This document shows, piece by piece, positions 8,919-19,260 of a stretch of 64,000 nt of DNA. The stretch's first letter is position 1, and each line of letters opens with the position of its first letter. The stretch covers positions 1-64,000 of the IMG/VR virus record IMGVR_UViG_2866048730_000001. The stretch is one strand, 5' to 3'. The notes under the pieces were generated by a model. It was not told where the DNA came from and made no database searches. It saw only the letters and a list, made by a program, of their open reading frames with translations. The translations under genes and the position numbers were made by a program. The DNA is from a virus. Taxonomy: Duplodnaviria > Caudoviricetes.

Positions 8919-9245
8919 ATGGTCGAAGTCCACGTGAAGGTAAGAGTCTGTGATAAGTGCAAGGACGTCAATCGGCCGGTGCGTAGTTACACCCTTACAG
9001 AGGGCGAGCGGGTGGTAGAGCGGGACCTGTGCGAGGAGCACGCGCGACCCGTTGAGGACCTGATGGTCGAAGACGTGTCGATCCCCGTACAGGTCCCGGC
9101 CCTCGCGGCGGCAACGAAGACCGCCGTGAAGAAGGCGCCAGCGAAGAAGGCGCCCGCCAAGAAGGCGCCGGCAGGCCGCAAGCGCGGCGCCACGAAGACG
9201 CTGACCGTCGAGGAGATCAACGCCCTGCGGAAGTCGCAGTCGTAG
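8919..9245 (+). CDS. Lsr2-like / histone-like DNA-binding protein divergent from repressor
   Basis: CxxC...RDLCEEH, KKAPA x3, TVEEIN. Confidence 0.6.
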   Translation: MVEVHVKVRVCDKCKDVNRPVRSYTLTEGERVVERDLCEEHARPVEDLMVEDVSIPVQVPALAAATKTAVKKAPAKKAPAKKAPAGRKRGATKTLTVEEINALRKSQS

Positions 9246-9257
9246 AACGAGAAGAAC

Positions 9258-9292
9258 GGCCCCACCGAACCGTGATGGTCGGTGGGGCCTTT
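9258..9292. terminator. Terminator between convergent genes
   Basis: GGCCCCACCGA...TCGGTGGGGCC-TTT. Confidence 0.65.
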
Positions 9293-9295
9293 GGG

Positions 9296-9514
9296 TTACT
9301 CGGTCTGATCCGGCTCGTCCGGGGCGACCACGCCGAGCGCGGTCAGGACCTGAACGGCCAGGGCGATCTCCGGCCGGTCCGCGTACGCGACCGCGAGAGC
9401 GGACACGATCACGCCGACCAGGGCGAGGATCGCGCCCACGCGGGTCCGGTACCGGACGGGCAGCATGCTCAAGACGGTGATCGGCTTGGCGCCGGGAATC
9501 TGATGCTTACTCAT
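9296..9514 (-). CDS. Holin-like membrane protein
   Basis: Two hydrophobic segments, directly downstream of endolysin. Confidence 0.7.
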   Translation of the reverse strand: MSKHQIPGAKPITVLSMLPVRYRTRVGAILALVGVIVSALAVAYADRPEIALAVQVLTALGVVAPDEPDQTE

Positions 9515-10266
9515 CGGCCAGCCTCCTGCTGGAGAACCGCGAAGCCGCGGCCTCCGATAGCGACGTCGTGCGAGACGCCTGCGGACTTGAACTCGGGGTG
9601 GCGGTCGTGGAATCGGGCCACTGCCGCCTGGGTGTTGGCGCCGTAGAAGTCGGTGACGGCACCCGGGATCGGGCCGTAACCGGCCTTCATCAGAAGCTCC
9701 TGGAGCAGGCGGACCTGCGGGTGGTTGACGCCCGGCTTGACGGCCGGGTCCAGCGCCACGGTGCCGCCACCGCCGCCGCCACCCGGGGCGGGCATGCCGG
9801 CCTTCACCCACGCGTACAGCCGGCCACCCGGGCACTCCGTCGCGAAGCCGTCCCGGTGACCGTGCTTCGAGAGCTGACGGCCCGTCTTCGCGCACGCCTC
9901 GTCGTACAGGGCCCGAGCGCTACGGAGGGCGGCGTCGGAGGGGGCCTGGTCGCCGCCGATGGCGATCTGCACGCCGAACGCGGAGCGGTTGTGCGACGGA
10001 CAGTGCGCGCCCTGGAGGTTCCAGCCGCGGCCCTCGTAGATGGCCCCGTTCTGGTCGATGACGAAGTTGTAGCCGACGCCGCTCCACCCGTTGTTCAGGT
10101 GCTCGCGCTCGATCGCCTGCGGGACCGAGTTGCCGGTGCGGGAGACCGCAGTGCCGCCGTCGTAGTGAATGTAGAACTCGGTGCGCTCGGACAGCGGGAC
10201 GCTGGCGACGCCGCTGGTCCACGGCTTCGCGCCCCAGGAACCACGGGAGATGATATTGACGCTCAG
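9511..10266 (-). CDS. Endolysin: amidase_2/PGRP domain plus peptidoglycan-binding domain (CTG start)
   Basis: IISRGSWGA, IHY, GYNFVI, EGRGW, GAH, GHRD, TECPG; GGAGG 6 nt before CTG. Confidence 0.85.
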   Translation of the reverse strand: MSVNIISRGSWGAKPWTSGVASVPLSERTEFYIHYDGGTAVSRTGNSVPQAIEREHLNNGWSGVGYNFVIDQNGAIYEGRGWNLQGAHCPSHNRSAFGVQIAIGGDQAPSDAALRSARALYDEACAKTGRQLSKHGHRDGFATECPGGRLYAWVKAGMPAPGGGGGGGTVALDPAVKPGVNHPQVRLLQELLMKAGYGPIPGAVTDFYGANTQAAVARFHDRHPEFKSAGVSHDVAIGGRGFAVLQQEAGR

Positions 10267-10359
10267 GGTGTGCCTCCAGGCATGGGAAAGCCCCCGGCGC
10301 GGTGCGCGTCCCGGGGGCTGGGGGTGCCGCTGGCCGCCCGTAGGGGCGGGCCGCGGAAG

Positions 10360-10701
10360 TCAGTTGGGGTGGTTCAGGTGGGAGTCGAGCCGTTCGGCGA
10401 CGGCCAGGCGCTCGGCCCGCTCGTGGGCGATCTCCCTGCGCAGGCTGGCCAGTTCCTCGTTGTGCCTCTCCTGGCCGTCTAGGACGCGGCCGAGGCCCTC
10501 GATCACCCTGTCGACGTCGTCGCGGAGGTTGGTGCCGTGGGAGTTGGCGACCTGCTCGCGGGCTTCCTGCGCGTGCTCGCGGACCTCGGCGATCGTGGCG
10601 CCCTGGCGGCGAACGAGCTCGACCAGGACGCCGACGAGTGCGGCGGTAATCGCCCCGCCGGCCGACACCATCGCGACCTGGACGGAGGGCTCAATGGTCA
10701 C
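10360..10701 (-). CDS. DUF2746-like membrane/coiled-coil lysis-region protein
   Basis: TM segment then NSHGTNLRDDVD. Confidence 0.7.
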   Translation of the reverse strand: MTIEPSVQVAMVSAGGAITAALVGVLVELVRRQGATIAEVREHAQEAREQVANSHGTNLRDDVDRVIEGLGRVLDGQERHNEELASLRREIAHERAERLAVAERLDSHLNHPN

Positions 10702-11962
10702 GCGCAAGCTCCTCGATCCGCGCCTCCAGAGCGGCGAGGCGGAGGGCCTGGTCCTGGACGACGGGCAGCAGGGCGACGCCGAGAAGGTCGTAGCGGACGC
10801 TGTCGATCTGGCCGTCCTCGTCGTGGACGACGATCTCCGGGAGGGTCTGGGCGACCTCTTCGGCGATCAGGCCGTACTCGTTCTTGCGTCCCTCGGTGAC
10901 CTTGCCGTCCTCGTCGGTCGTCGGCTTGCGGTCGTAGACGCGCGGCCGCAGGGAGAGGACGTCCGCCGGGTTGATCCGGATGTCCCGGACGTTCTCCTTG
11001 AACCGGATCGAGGAGGTGTTGCGGCAGAAATTATGGTTTCCGTCAACCCACACCGCATACCAGGTGCCGCCCGCAGGCGTGTAACTGTGCGGCCTGTCAC
11101 TGCCGTTGGCACGGTTGATTGTGCCCCAGGACTCCAGATACTGGCCGTGCCAGTGGTCGGTCGGAGGGAACTGGCCTGGCCTGCCCAGGATCTGGTCCCA
11201 CCAGTGCTGGTGCCAGGACGGCGGGAACTCGCCCGGCACGCCGAGGAGCTGGTCCCACCAGTGCTGGTGCCAGGTCGGGTTGAAGCTGCCCGGCTTGTTG
11301 ACGATGTCGTTGTAGTCGACGGTGTGAGTGTGGGTGCTTGGGGGGAACGTGGCCGGCTTGTTGGTCACGCTGGTCCACGAGACGATCGGCGCCAGGTCGG
11401 TCCAGGCCGCACCGTCCCAGTACTCCCACTTGCTCGTCGTGCGGTTCAGGCCAAGCTTGCCGACGCGGGGGTTCGACGGGCGGGTGGCGGTGGTCCAGGT
11501 GCCGACCCGCGTGCCAAGGAAGGACCGGTCGTCGGTCACCGCGGACAACGCGATGTTGGTGGCCGACGCCCCGACCGCGATCAGGCCGAGCGAGATCTCG
11601 TACAGGTCGGTGTCGGTCTGGGTGAGCGCGGGCGCGCTGCCTCCGGGCGTGCCCTTGAGCACGGCCAGCGAGATGCTGTTGAGCGTCGGATTGAGGCGGA
11701 GGATGACACGGTCGGTACGGGCTGCGGTGTCGGCCGTCGCGATGGTGAGGACCTCGATCGCGGTCGACAGGAACGCGTGGCCTCGCACGAGCGCGAAGCC
11801 GGGCTGAACGGAGACCTTCATAGCGGAGCCGTCGGCCGTGACCTTGAGGTCGAGGCCGGTGGCGGTGCCGGCCACGCCCGAGTCCTGGAGCTCGCGGAAG
11901 AGGCGGCTGAAGTCGGTCTCGGTCGTCGCCTGGCCGTCGAAGGGGTACGAGCTGGTTGCCAC
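10691..11962 (-). CDS. Tail fibre with C-terminal intramolecular chaperone (peptidase S74-like)
   Basis: HxHWWDQ..G.P..FPP repeats; SSIRFKENV, GLIAEEV. Confidence 0.8.
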   Translation of the reverse strand: MATSSYPFDGQATTETDFSRLFRELQDSGVAGTATGLDLKVTADGSAMKVSVQPGFALVRGHAFLSTAIEVLTIATADTAARTDRVILRLNPTLNSISLAVLKGTPGGSAPALTQTDTDLYEISLGLIAVGASATNIALSAVTDDRSFLGTRVGTWTTATRPSNPRVGKLGLNRTTSKWEYWDGAAWTDLAPIVSWTSVTNKPATFPPSTHTHTVDYNDIVNKPGSFNPTWHQHWWDQLLGVPGEFPPSWHQHWWDQILGRPGQFPPTDHWHGQYLESWGTINRANGSDRPHSYTPAGGTWYAVWVDGNHNFCRNTSSIRFKENVRDIRINPADVLSLRPRVYDRKPTTDEDGKVTEGRKNEYGLIAEEVAQTLPEIVVHDEDGQIDSVRYDLLGVALLPVVQDQALRLAALEARIEELARDH

Positions 11963-12025
11963 GCTGCGGGTTTCTCCCTGGAAACAGAAGAGCCCCCGCA
12001 TCGGCGGAGGCTGCACGTCGGATGG

Positions 12026-13708
12026 TCAGGCCGCCAGCGCGGCCCAGAAGCGGTTCGAGCCGTTCTCCATGCCCGCGATCGAGATCGAGGACGGCGGCGA
12101 GGTGGCGCTGATCGTCGAGTATGAGCCGAAGCGCCGTACGGTCGTCAGGCCGAAGTAGTTCGGGGGCGCCGCTCCGCTGTTCTCCAACTGGAGCATCATC
12201 GGCCCGTCGTTCGTCGAGGTGTTGTACACGTAGCGCCAGGTGACGTAGTACGTGCCCGGCGAGGCCGCCCATGGCGAGGTCAGCGGCACGGACACGGTGA
12301 CTCCGCCGGAGTTGCTCACGACCGGCGGCTCGTAGGCGCCCGCGATGTCTCCGGCCTGGGCGACCAGGTTCCCGTTCACGTCGTAGATCGCCGCCCAGGA
12401 CCCGGCCTGGAGGCCGCCCGCATATCCGCAGTAGTGCCACACGATCTTGTTGATCGTGGTCGCCTGCCGCAGCGCGACGGCCGTGACGCGGACCGTGCCC
12501 GAGCCGGGGTAGCGGCCAGCGGAGAAGCTGACGGCCGGGTCGTAGGCCCACGAGGTCAGACCGTGGTCGGCGGGTGTCCACTGCTCCGGGAGGTTCGCGA
12601 GGGGGATCTTGCCCGTCGCGTCGAGCGTGGCGTCGCCCGGCACGAGGATCTTGCCGTCGGCCTGGCGGACCTTCAGCACACCGTTCTCGGAGTAGAGGAT
12701 GGCCGTGCTCGCTGCGGCAGCCGGAGCCGACGCCGCGTTGCGCAGAGCCGTCGCGCCGGCCACGGTAAGCCGGGCCCCAGGGGCAAGGGAACTCGTGCCC
12801 ACGCCCAGGCTGGCCGTCGACCGCTTGCCGAAGAGCATGGACGCCTTCCAGGCCCCGGCGTCCGTCCAGGCGCTCAGCTCGAAGTCCGAGCCGGCGTCAC
12901 CGCCGCTCTCGGCCGAGTTGTCGACCTGGTACTCCCACCTGGTGACGTTGTTGGTGGCGAACGACAGCGTCCGGTAGGTGGGGGTAGGGGAGTCGAATCG
13001 CACGTCACCGCTGACCGAACCGCCGGTCTTCGGGATGGCGCCGACATCGGCCGCGGTGAGGGTGATGCTGGCCGCGCTCTTGCCGTTCACAGATGCGATG
13101 AGGCCGTTGGCGCCTGGGTCGCCCTTCGGCCCCTGGGCCCCGGTTGCCCCGGTAGGGCCGGGGGCTCCCTGCGGCCCGGTGGCACCAGCCGGGCCGGTCG
13201 CTCCAGTTGCGCCGGTCGCGCCGGTGGCGCCGGTGGGTCCCTTGAGGTTGCCGACCGGCGAGCCCCAGCCGGAGGCGCCGCGCTGGTACAGGTCGTAGGT
13301 GTCGGTGCGAAGGAGCACGTCGCCGGGCTTCGTGCCCGTGCTGGACGTGGTTCCGCTGTTGAGGTAGAAGGCCGCACCGCGAACGATGTCGCCTACCTTG
13401 GCCCAGGCGCCAGCGGCCCGCTGCCAGTGGGTGGCCGAGTTGCTGGTGACACCGAAGAGGGTGGTTGATTCAGGCTGGACGTAGAAGTCACCGTCCGCGC
13501 CGACAGTCGAATCGGGGACGGCCGTTCCGGTGAGGATCTTGCTGCCGGGGGCTCCGGCAGGGCCCGTTGCGCCCGTGGCTCCGGTGGCACCCTTGGCCCC
13601 AGTTGCGCCAGTCGCTCCGGCTGGACCGGCTGGCCCCTGCGGGCCGGTGGCTCCGGTCGGACCGACGACGCCGGAGTCCGCCGGGGACGGGAAGATGCTG
13701 AGTCCCAT
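12026..13708 (-). CDS. Collagen-like minor tail protein
   Basis: Two G-X-Y (GAT/GPA) tracts. Confidence 0.8.
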   Translation of the reverse strand: MGLSIFPSPADSGVVGPTGATGPQGPAGPAGATGATGAKGATGATGATGPAGAPGSKILTGTAVPDSTVGADGDFYVQPESTTLFGVTSNSATHWQRAAGAWAKVGDIVRGAAFYLNSGTTSSTGTKPGDVLLRTDTYDLYQRGASGWGSPVGNLKGPTGATGATGATGATGPAGATGPQGAPGPTGATGAQGPKGDPGANGLIASVNGKSAASITLTAADVGAIPKTGGSVSGDVRFDSPTPTYRTLSFATNNVTRWEYQVDNSAESGGDAGSDFELSAWTDAGAWKASMLFGKRSTASLGVGTSSLAPGARLTVAGATALRNAASAPAAAASTAILYSENGVLKVRQADGKILVPGDATLDATGKIPLANLPEQWTPADHGLTSWAYDPAVSFSAGRYPGSGTVRVTAVALRQATTINKIVWHYCGYAGGLQAGSWAAIYDVNGNLVAQAGDIAGAYEPPVVSNSGGVTVSVPLTSPWAASPGTYYVTWRYVYNTSTNDGPMMLQLENSGAAPPNYFGLTTVRRFGSYSTISATSPPSSISIAGMENGSNRFWAALAA

Positions 13709-14010
13709 TAGGTGGCCTCCACTCCGCTGATGTGCGCGGGGGCGGCCTGAGCGTTGCCCTGCACTTCGATCTTGTCTCCGGCGTTGAGCACCTGGCTCAT
13801 CTCGACGGTGAGCACGCCGTTGGGTGCGATGCCGACGTTGGCCAGCGCGTAGACGCCGCCGAGCTTGACGGCAACGCTCGCGGCCGAGCCGGTCGGGTTG
13901 GTGGCGACGATGTTCGTGACGATCGCCGAGGCCCCGGCCGGCACCGTGTAGACGGAGGTCAGGGCTGAGGGCAGTGGCCCCCGGAAGAAGTTCTTCGGCG
14001 TAGCCGCCAC
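13708..14010 (-). CDS. Minor tail protein
   Basis: Position and beta-rich sequence. Confidence 0.65.
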   Translation of the reverse strand: MAATPKNFFRGPLPSALTSVYTVPAGASAIVTNIVATNPTGSAASVAVKLGGVYALANVGIAPNGVLTVEMSQVLNAGDKIEVQGNAQAAPAHISGVEAT

Positions 14011-14014
14011 GTGG

Positions 14015-15223
14015 TCACCACACTCCCATCAGCGACATGATCTGGTTGTCCGAGCTGCCGCCTTCGGCCGTGCGCTCCAGCGCGGAGACGCGGGTCTCGG
14101 TGGTCTGGACGCGCCGGGTCAGCGCGGTCCTGACGTCGAACCCCGCCGGGTCGCCGAGCAGGGCGCCGACCTTGTAGCCGTCCGCGTTGGCCTTGAGGAC
14201 CATGCCGGTGACGGTGGACACGAGCTCCTGGTCCTCGACGACGACGCCGACCTGATCGCCCAGGTACCAGTCGATGCCGAACCGCATCGCGGAGTCCTCG
14301 ACCGGTACGGCCTGGACGGCGACGGAGGTGAAGCCCTCCTTGGCCATCACCTCGTTGCCGGCCTGCTGGAGTTCCGTCCAGTCGCTGGTGTTGCGCTGGT
14401 CGACGAACCGCTCGATCCGCCGGGCCCAGTCGACCTCGGCCGCGATCGAGGTGGGGGTGTCCACGGCGAGGAACTGCCGCGCGGTGAGGTCGCCCTGGCC
14501 CGCGACGAGAACCCGGGTCGCGCCGGGCGGTGAGATGGCCACCCGCTGGCCTGAGAGCGTGCGGTTGCGCACGTCGAGGCGGACCTGCCGACTGCGGTCG
14601 ACGATCTGATACGTCTCGAAGACGAGGCCGCTGCCGCGCTGCACGATGCGAAAGCCCAGGCTGGCGACGACGGCGATCTCGGTCAGCAGGCTGCCGAGCA
14701 CCGGGAAGCGCGCGCTCTTGGAGACGGCAGGTCCGCGGCCCAGGTTGGTGCCCATCGTCAGCCCGGCCCGGCGCCTCGGAGCCGGCGCGGCCGGGCCGAG
14801 GTTGGCATTCACGTAGGCGTGCATGACGGTCTCGGCCGGGCCGGTGCGGGTGTCGTGCGCCTGGCGCTGGCCGGCCATGTCCGCGTTGGACGGCTCGGGC
14901 AGGGCCAACATGTCCATGAGCATGACGCTGTCGGACACGCCCTCGAAGGTGACGGTGCCCGCCGGGTCCTCCGGGGTGGAGGCGAACTCAGGCTTTACCG
15001 TCGGGCCGGAGATCAGCACGTCGGTCGGGCCGGTGACCACCAGGCCGGAGCCGGGCGTACGCAGGACCGGGGCGAGCGGATGCTCGGCCGCCAGACTCAG
15101 CTTCCACGTCCCGACGTTGTTGAACGTCTCCTGGATCTCCAGGACGAGTTCCTCGGGGCGGATGATGCCCTGCCGCGCGAGGGTCTTGTCCCGGACCTCC
15201 ACCGTGAGGTCACTGAGCTTCAC
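14015..15223 (-). CDS. Minor tail / baseplate hub protein (Gp37-like)
   Basis: FNNVGTW, RIERFVDQR, DWYLGDQV; position after Dit. Confidence 0.75.
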   Translation of the reverse strand: MKLSDLTVEVRDKTLARQGIIRPEELVLEIQETFNNVGTWKLSLAAEHPLAPVLRTPGSGLVVTGPTDVLISGPTVKPEFASTPEDPAGTVTFEGVSDSVMLMDMLALPEPSNADMAGQRQAHDTRTGPAETVMHAYVNANLGPAAPAPRRRAGLTMGTNLGRGPAVSKSARFPVLGSLLTEIAVVASLGFRIVQRGSGLVFETYQIVDRSRQVRLDVRNRTLSGQRVAISPPGATRVLVAGQGDLTARQFLAVDTPTSIAAEVDWARRIERFVDQRNTSDWTELQQAGNEVMAKEGFTSVAVQAVPVEDSAMRFGIDWYLGDQVGVVVEDQELVSTVTGMVLKANADGYKVGALLGDPAGFDVRTALTRRVQTTETRVSALERTAEGGSSDNQIMSLMGVW

Positions 15224-16081
15224 TCAGATCACCATCCATTTCCGGGGCCGCCATGAGCAGATGACCTTAGAGTCGGCGGTGACGCCGAGGAGTTGGGCTG
15301 TGGCCGTGGAAAGGCCCGGACGGATGCTCCAGAAGCGCGGGGCGGGGCCGAGGTCTGCGTACCGGTTGGCGCCGGTCTGGTCGACGACCGTACCCGTGCG
15401 GGCGTCGAGGGTGAGCACCTCACCGGCTGCGAGGGTGCCGTTCCACGTGATCGTCTCCTTGTCGGGTGAGACGGCCTGGAACGCGTGGCCGGGGCCGTGG
15501 ATCTCCCACACGGGGTAGGCGACCGCGTCGCCCGTGTTCTCCAGGGTGATCGAGCCGATCGCCTGGGAGGCGGCGACCGGAAGGGACACCATGCTCGACA
15601 GGAACGAGCCGGTCTTGGTGTCGCCGCCGATCACCTGGGACGACGCCTCGGACGAGGTGAAGTAGGGGTCGGACGCGCGGAGGGTGACGACCGTCTGAAG
15701 GTCGCGCTCCCCGGTCGTGCCTTGCCCGTACGTCACGTCGCCGCCGCCGGTGCGGACCACTTCGGTCGTCCATCGCGACCCGTCGTCGTTGACCAGTGCG
15801 AGGGTGCAGGGTTCGGCCAGGACCAGGGCGAGGCGGGACAGTAGCTCCGCCAGGTGCTCGCGGTCCCGGCCGACGATGTCGAGCGGCAGGTCGATCTCGC
15901 GGGACAGGACACGCTTGCCCCGGTAGACCGAGCCGTCTCCTGCTCCCTCCAACCACTGGACGGACACGGGCGGCAGGCCGACGCCGGTCAAGCCGGTCAG
16001 GGCCTGCAAGCCCGTGCCCTTCTCCTGCACCTCGTTGAGGTTCAGGACGTCCAGCGGACTCTCCAGCTGGAGTCTGATCAC
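15224..16081 (-). CDS. Distal tail protein
   Basis: Immediately after tape measure; DPYF, NTGD..AYPVWEIHGP. Confidence 0.75.
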   Translation of the reverse strand: MIRLQLESPLDVLNLNEVQEKGTGLQALTGLTGVGLPPVSVQWLEGAGDGSVYRGKRVLSREIDLPLDIVGRDREHLAELLSRLALVLAEPCTLALVNDDGSRWTTEVVRTGGGDVTYGQGTTGERDLQTVVTLRASDPYFTSSEASSQVIGGDTKTGSFLSSMVSLPVAASQAIGSITLENTGDAVAYPVWEIHGPGHAFQAVSPDKETITWNGTLAAGEVLTLDARTGTVVDQTGANRYADLGPAPRFWSIRPGLSTATAQLLGVTADSKVICSWRPRKWMVI

Positions 16082-19000
16082 CAGCCCACCATCCTTGCCC
16101 GGCCAGCGGCCGTGAACAGGTCCTCTTCCGCGCTCAGGGAGCTGCCAGGAGCGGCGTAGTAGTTGAGGACCTTGGTGACGCCGCCGCCCGCAGCCGCCCC
16201 GGCGAGGCCGTTTGCTGCGGAGGCGTAGACCCCGCGTGCGGCGCGGAGTTGACCGATGGTCGGGGAGTCGAACTGGGTGCCGGCCACGTTGTCGGTCAGC
16301 CCCTTGAGGGAATGGCGTACGGCGTCGTAGCGGGACTCAAGTCCGCGGATGAAGCCCTCGATCACGAGCTGGCCGGCATTGGTCAGCAGGACACGGTCGA
16401 GGGTCTCCGGGCCCTTCCAGTCGGTGAGGCTGCTGGTCAGGTCGCCGAGCTTCTTCTTCACGTCGCCGAACATCGAGCCGATACCGGAGATGAAGCCCTT
16501 GATCAGGGACTTGCCCGCTTCCACCAGCTTGGCCCCGATGTCGCCCAGCGCCTCAAGGGCCTTGCCGGGCAGCTCCTTCATGAACGTGACGACCGCCGAG
16601 ATGCCCTCGGAGACGGCCGTCCCCAGCCCGGTCCAGGCGTCCTTGAACAGCGTGGCGACCGCGTCCCAGCCCGCCTTCGCGACGCCGCCGACGGCCTTGA
16701 GGCCCTTACCGACCAGGCCGATGATGCCGACGTTGAGCACGACCTCGATCGCGCCGAGGATCGTGTCCCAGATGCCCTTCACGAAGGAGCAGATCCCGTT
16801 CCACAGGTCCGACCAGCCGCGCTTGAACACGTCCCAGTTGCCGGTGAACAGGCCCTTGAACAGGCCCCACCAGATCTCGAAGAACCCCTTGATGAAGTTC
16901 CAGACGCCAACGAAGACTTCCTTGAGACCTTCGAGCACCAGGCCGACACCGTTGATCGCGTTGACCAGGGAGTGCGCCAGGATCTCGATGACGAACTGGA
17001 TGATCGGCACCAGGACCGGCATCAGGAAGTTGACGATCGCCAGCAGTGCCTGGAGGAACGGCTGGATCGCCTCGGCCACCCGGGCAAACGCCTCGCCGAG
17101 CTTGGGCAGGAACTCCGCGATGACCTGCTGGAGCATCGGCAGGAGCGGCGTGATGACCGCCGTGACGATCTGGAGCAGGACCGTGACGACCGGCGTCAGC
17201 GCGGTGAGGACCGTGGAGATCAGCCCGGCCAGCACCCCGAGGATCGGGGCAAGCGCGGTCACGAGCTGCTCGACCAGCGGTGCGACCGCCGCGAGGATGA
17301 CGGTGAAGACCTGGGCGATCGGCGGCAGGATCACCGACAGAGCCTGGAACGCAGCCGACAGGAGCTGGCCGACGATCGGGACGAGCTGCGTGATGATCGG
17401 CGCGAGCTGCTGAATCGCGCTAGTGAGGGCGCCGCCCAGCAGGGCGATGATCGGAGTGATCGACGGGGCGAGCGTGGTGAACGCATTCGCTAGCGGCACC
17501 AGGGCGGCCGAGACCAGCGGCCCGAGGACGAGCATGAACTGCGCGACGATGCCCATCAGGGCGCCGAGCGCCTGGCCGAGCGGGGCCATCGCCGGAGCGA
17601 GCGCCTGGACGGCAGCCTCGATGCCGGAGAACAGCAGCGTGACGCCGCCGGTCACCGCTGGCTGCGACAGCGCCGAGGCGATGGAACCGATGACCGTGCC
17701 CAGGATCGTGCCGACCTGCGGCAGAATCGTTTCTGCAAGCTGCGCGAGCTCGGTGAACAAGCCCTTGACCGCAGGCCCGGCCCCGGAGGCCAGGTTGGCC
17801 ATCGCCTCGTGGGCGGCCTTGAACGTGCCGACCAGCCCGGCCTGGAAGCCGGGGCTGTCCACGATGGCGTGGATGTGCTCCAGCGTGCCGGCCAGCATCC
17901 CCAGCGTGGAGCCGCCCGCCTCCTGGGCTGCGCGGCCGACGCCGGCCAGGATGCCGCCGAGGTTGAACAGGACCGAGCCGAGGTCCTTGACGTTCTGGAT
18001 CGCCGTCGTGATCCACGTGGCGAGCCGGCCGTCGCCCTCGGCCGCCGTGAGGAAGTCCGAGAAGCGCGTCGAGATGTTGACGAACCACTTCGCCAGCGCG
18101 GGCAGGTAGCTCGTGCCGACCTTGCCCAGGGTGGCGATGATGTTCGCGAACGCCCCGGTGCCGGTGGTGGCGATGGTGATCGACCCGGCGAGGTCGGTGA
18201 ACATCTGGTTCAGCGCCGGGTCGAGCGCGCCCTGGAGGCCAGTGGCCAGGCCGCCGAAGAACCCGCCGATCTGGGTCGCCGTCTGGGCCAGGCCCGCGGT
18301 GAACTTCGGCAGGAGGCCGTCGACCAGCTCGCGGATCGGCTTGGCGGCCTGGTCCCACAAGTTCTTGCTGATCGTGTCCTGGAGCCCGGACAGGGCGGAC
18401 TTGACCTCCGGCAGGACCTTGTTGAAGTCCTTGAAGGCGGCGATCGTGACGCCGATGCCGACCGCCATCCCGCCGAGCAGGCCGGGCAGCAGGAGCGCGG
18501 CCGGGCCGATCTGGGCGAGCGACGCACTCAGGGCGGCGAGGTTCGACGCGGCCGACAGGCCCCATCCGGCGAGGCCGGCAATCGCCAGCGCCAGGGAGCC
18601 GATGATCGGAACGGACTTGTCCAGGTTCCGGATCATGTTGCCGAGGTCCTCGAAGATGTTCGTGAGCACCCGGGCGCCCGACAGGGCCGCGAGAGCGGCG
18701 CCGACCTTGGCGACCGAGGCGTTGTCCAGCTCCGGCAGGATCGGCACCGTGCGGGGCCGGGTGAGGACCTGGAGCCGGGCGGAGATCGCGGCTCCGGTGC
18801 CGTTGGCGATGTCGAGCTTGACCTCGACCTTGAGCGGGGAGACCTTGTCCCGCCAGTGCTCAAGGTCGTGTTTGATCTTGTCGAGGTTGCCCTGGTCGAG
18901 CTCCAGCTTGACGTCGCCGCTGACCTCGACGTCGTCGGCCCGGAACTTGATCTTCTGGTCGCGAGCGCGGGCCTGGAGGTCGCGGACCGCCTGCTGGATG

Positions 19001-19257
19001 GCGCGACTCATCCCGGTGGAGTCGATCGTCGTGTAGAAGCGGACCTTGCGCGCGTCGGTCGTCTTGTTCTTGGCGTTGACCTCGCGGATCTGGGTGATCA
19101 GATCCCGCTGGAGGCCGGTGGCGTCGATCTTCGCGCCGACGATGACCTTGAGCTGCTTCTCGATCCGGTCGAGCTGCACCTGGGCCTTGGCCCGGAAGTC
19201 GTCGGTGTCCGGGAGGACCTTGACCGAGACTCGGCCGATCACCTGCCCTGCGGGCAT
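16078..19257 (-). CDS. Tape measure protein
   Basis: 1059 aa, Ala/Gly-rich helical repeats, periodic W/F. Confidence 0.93.
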   Translation of the reverse strand: MPAGQVIGRVSVKVLPDTDDFRAKAQVQLDRIEKQLKVIVGAKIDATGLQRDLITQIREVNAKNKTTDARKVRFYTTIDSTGMSRAIQQAVRDLQARARDQKIKFRADDVEVSGDVKLELDQGNLDKIKHDLEHWRDKVSPLKVEVKLDIANGTGAAISARLQVLTRPRTVPILPELDNASVAKVGAALAALSGARVLTNIFEDLGNMIRNLDKSVPIIGSLALAIAGLAGWGLSAASNLAALSASLAQIGPAALLLPGLLGGMAVGIGVTIAAFKDFNKVLPEVKSALSGLQDTISKNLWDQAAKPIRELVDGLLPKFTAGLAQTATQIGGFFGGLATGLQGALDPALNQMFTDLAGSITIATTGTGAFANIIATLGKVGTSYLPALAKWFVNISTRFSDFLTAAEGDGRLATWITTAIQNVKDLGSVLFNLGGILAGVGRAAQEAGGSTLGMLAGTLEHIHAIVDSPGFQAGLVGTFKAAHEAMANLASGAGPAVKGLFTELAQLAETILPQVGTILGTVIGSIASALSQPAVTGGVTLLFSGIEAAVQALAPAMAPLGQALGALMGIVAQFMLVLGPLVSAALVPLANAFTTLAPSITPIIALLGGALTSAIQQLAPIITQLVPIVGQLLSAAFQALSVILPPIAQVFTVILAAVAPLVEQLVTALAPILGVLAGLISTVLTALTPVVTVLLQIVTAVITPLLPMLQQVIAEFLPKLGEAFARVAEAIQPFLQALLAIVNFLMPVLVPIIQFVIEILAHSLVNAINGVGLVLEGLKEVFVGVWNFIKGFFEIWWGLFKGLFTGNWDVFKRGWSDLWNGICSFVKGIWDTILGAIEVVLNVGIIGLVGKGLKAVGGVAKAGWDAVATLFKDAWTGLGTAVSEGISAVVTFMKELPGKALEALGDIGAKLVEAGKSLIKGFISGIGSMFGDVKKKLGDLTSSLTDWKGPETLDRVLLTNAGQLVIEGFIRGLESRYDAVRHSLKGLTDNVAGTQFDSPTIGQLRAARGVYASAANGLAGAAAGGGVTKVLNYYAAPGSSLSAEEDLFTAAGRARMVGW

Positions 19258-19260
19258 GCG

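Noticed and set aside
13100-13670. 9-bp periodic repeats
   Set aside because: Explained by collagen G-X-Y coding in a tail protein
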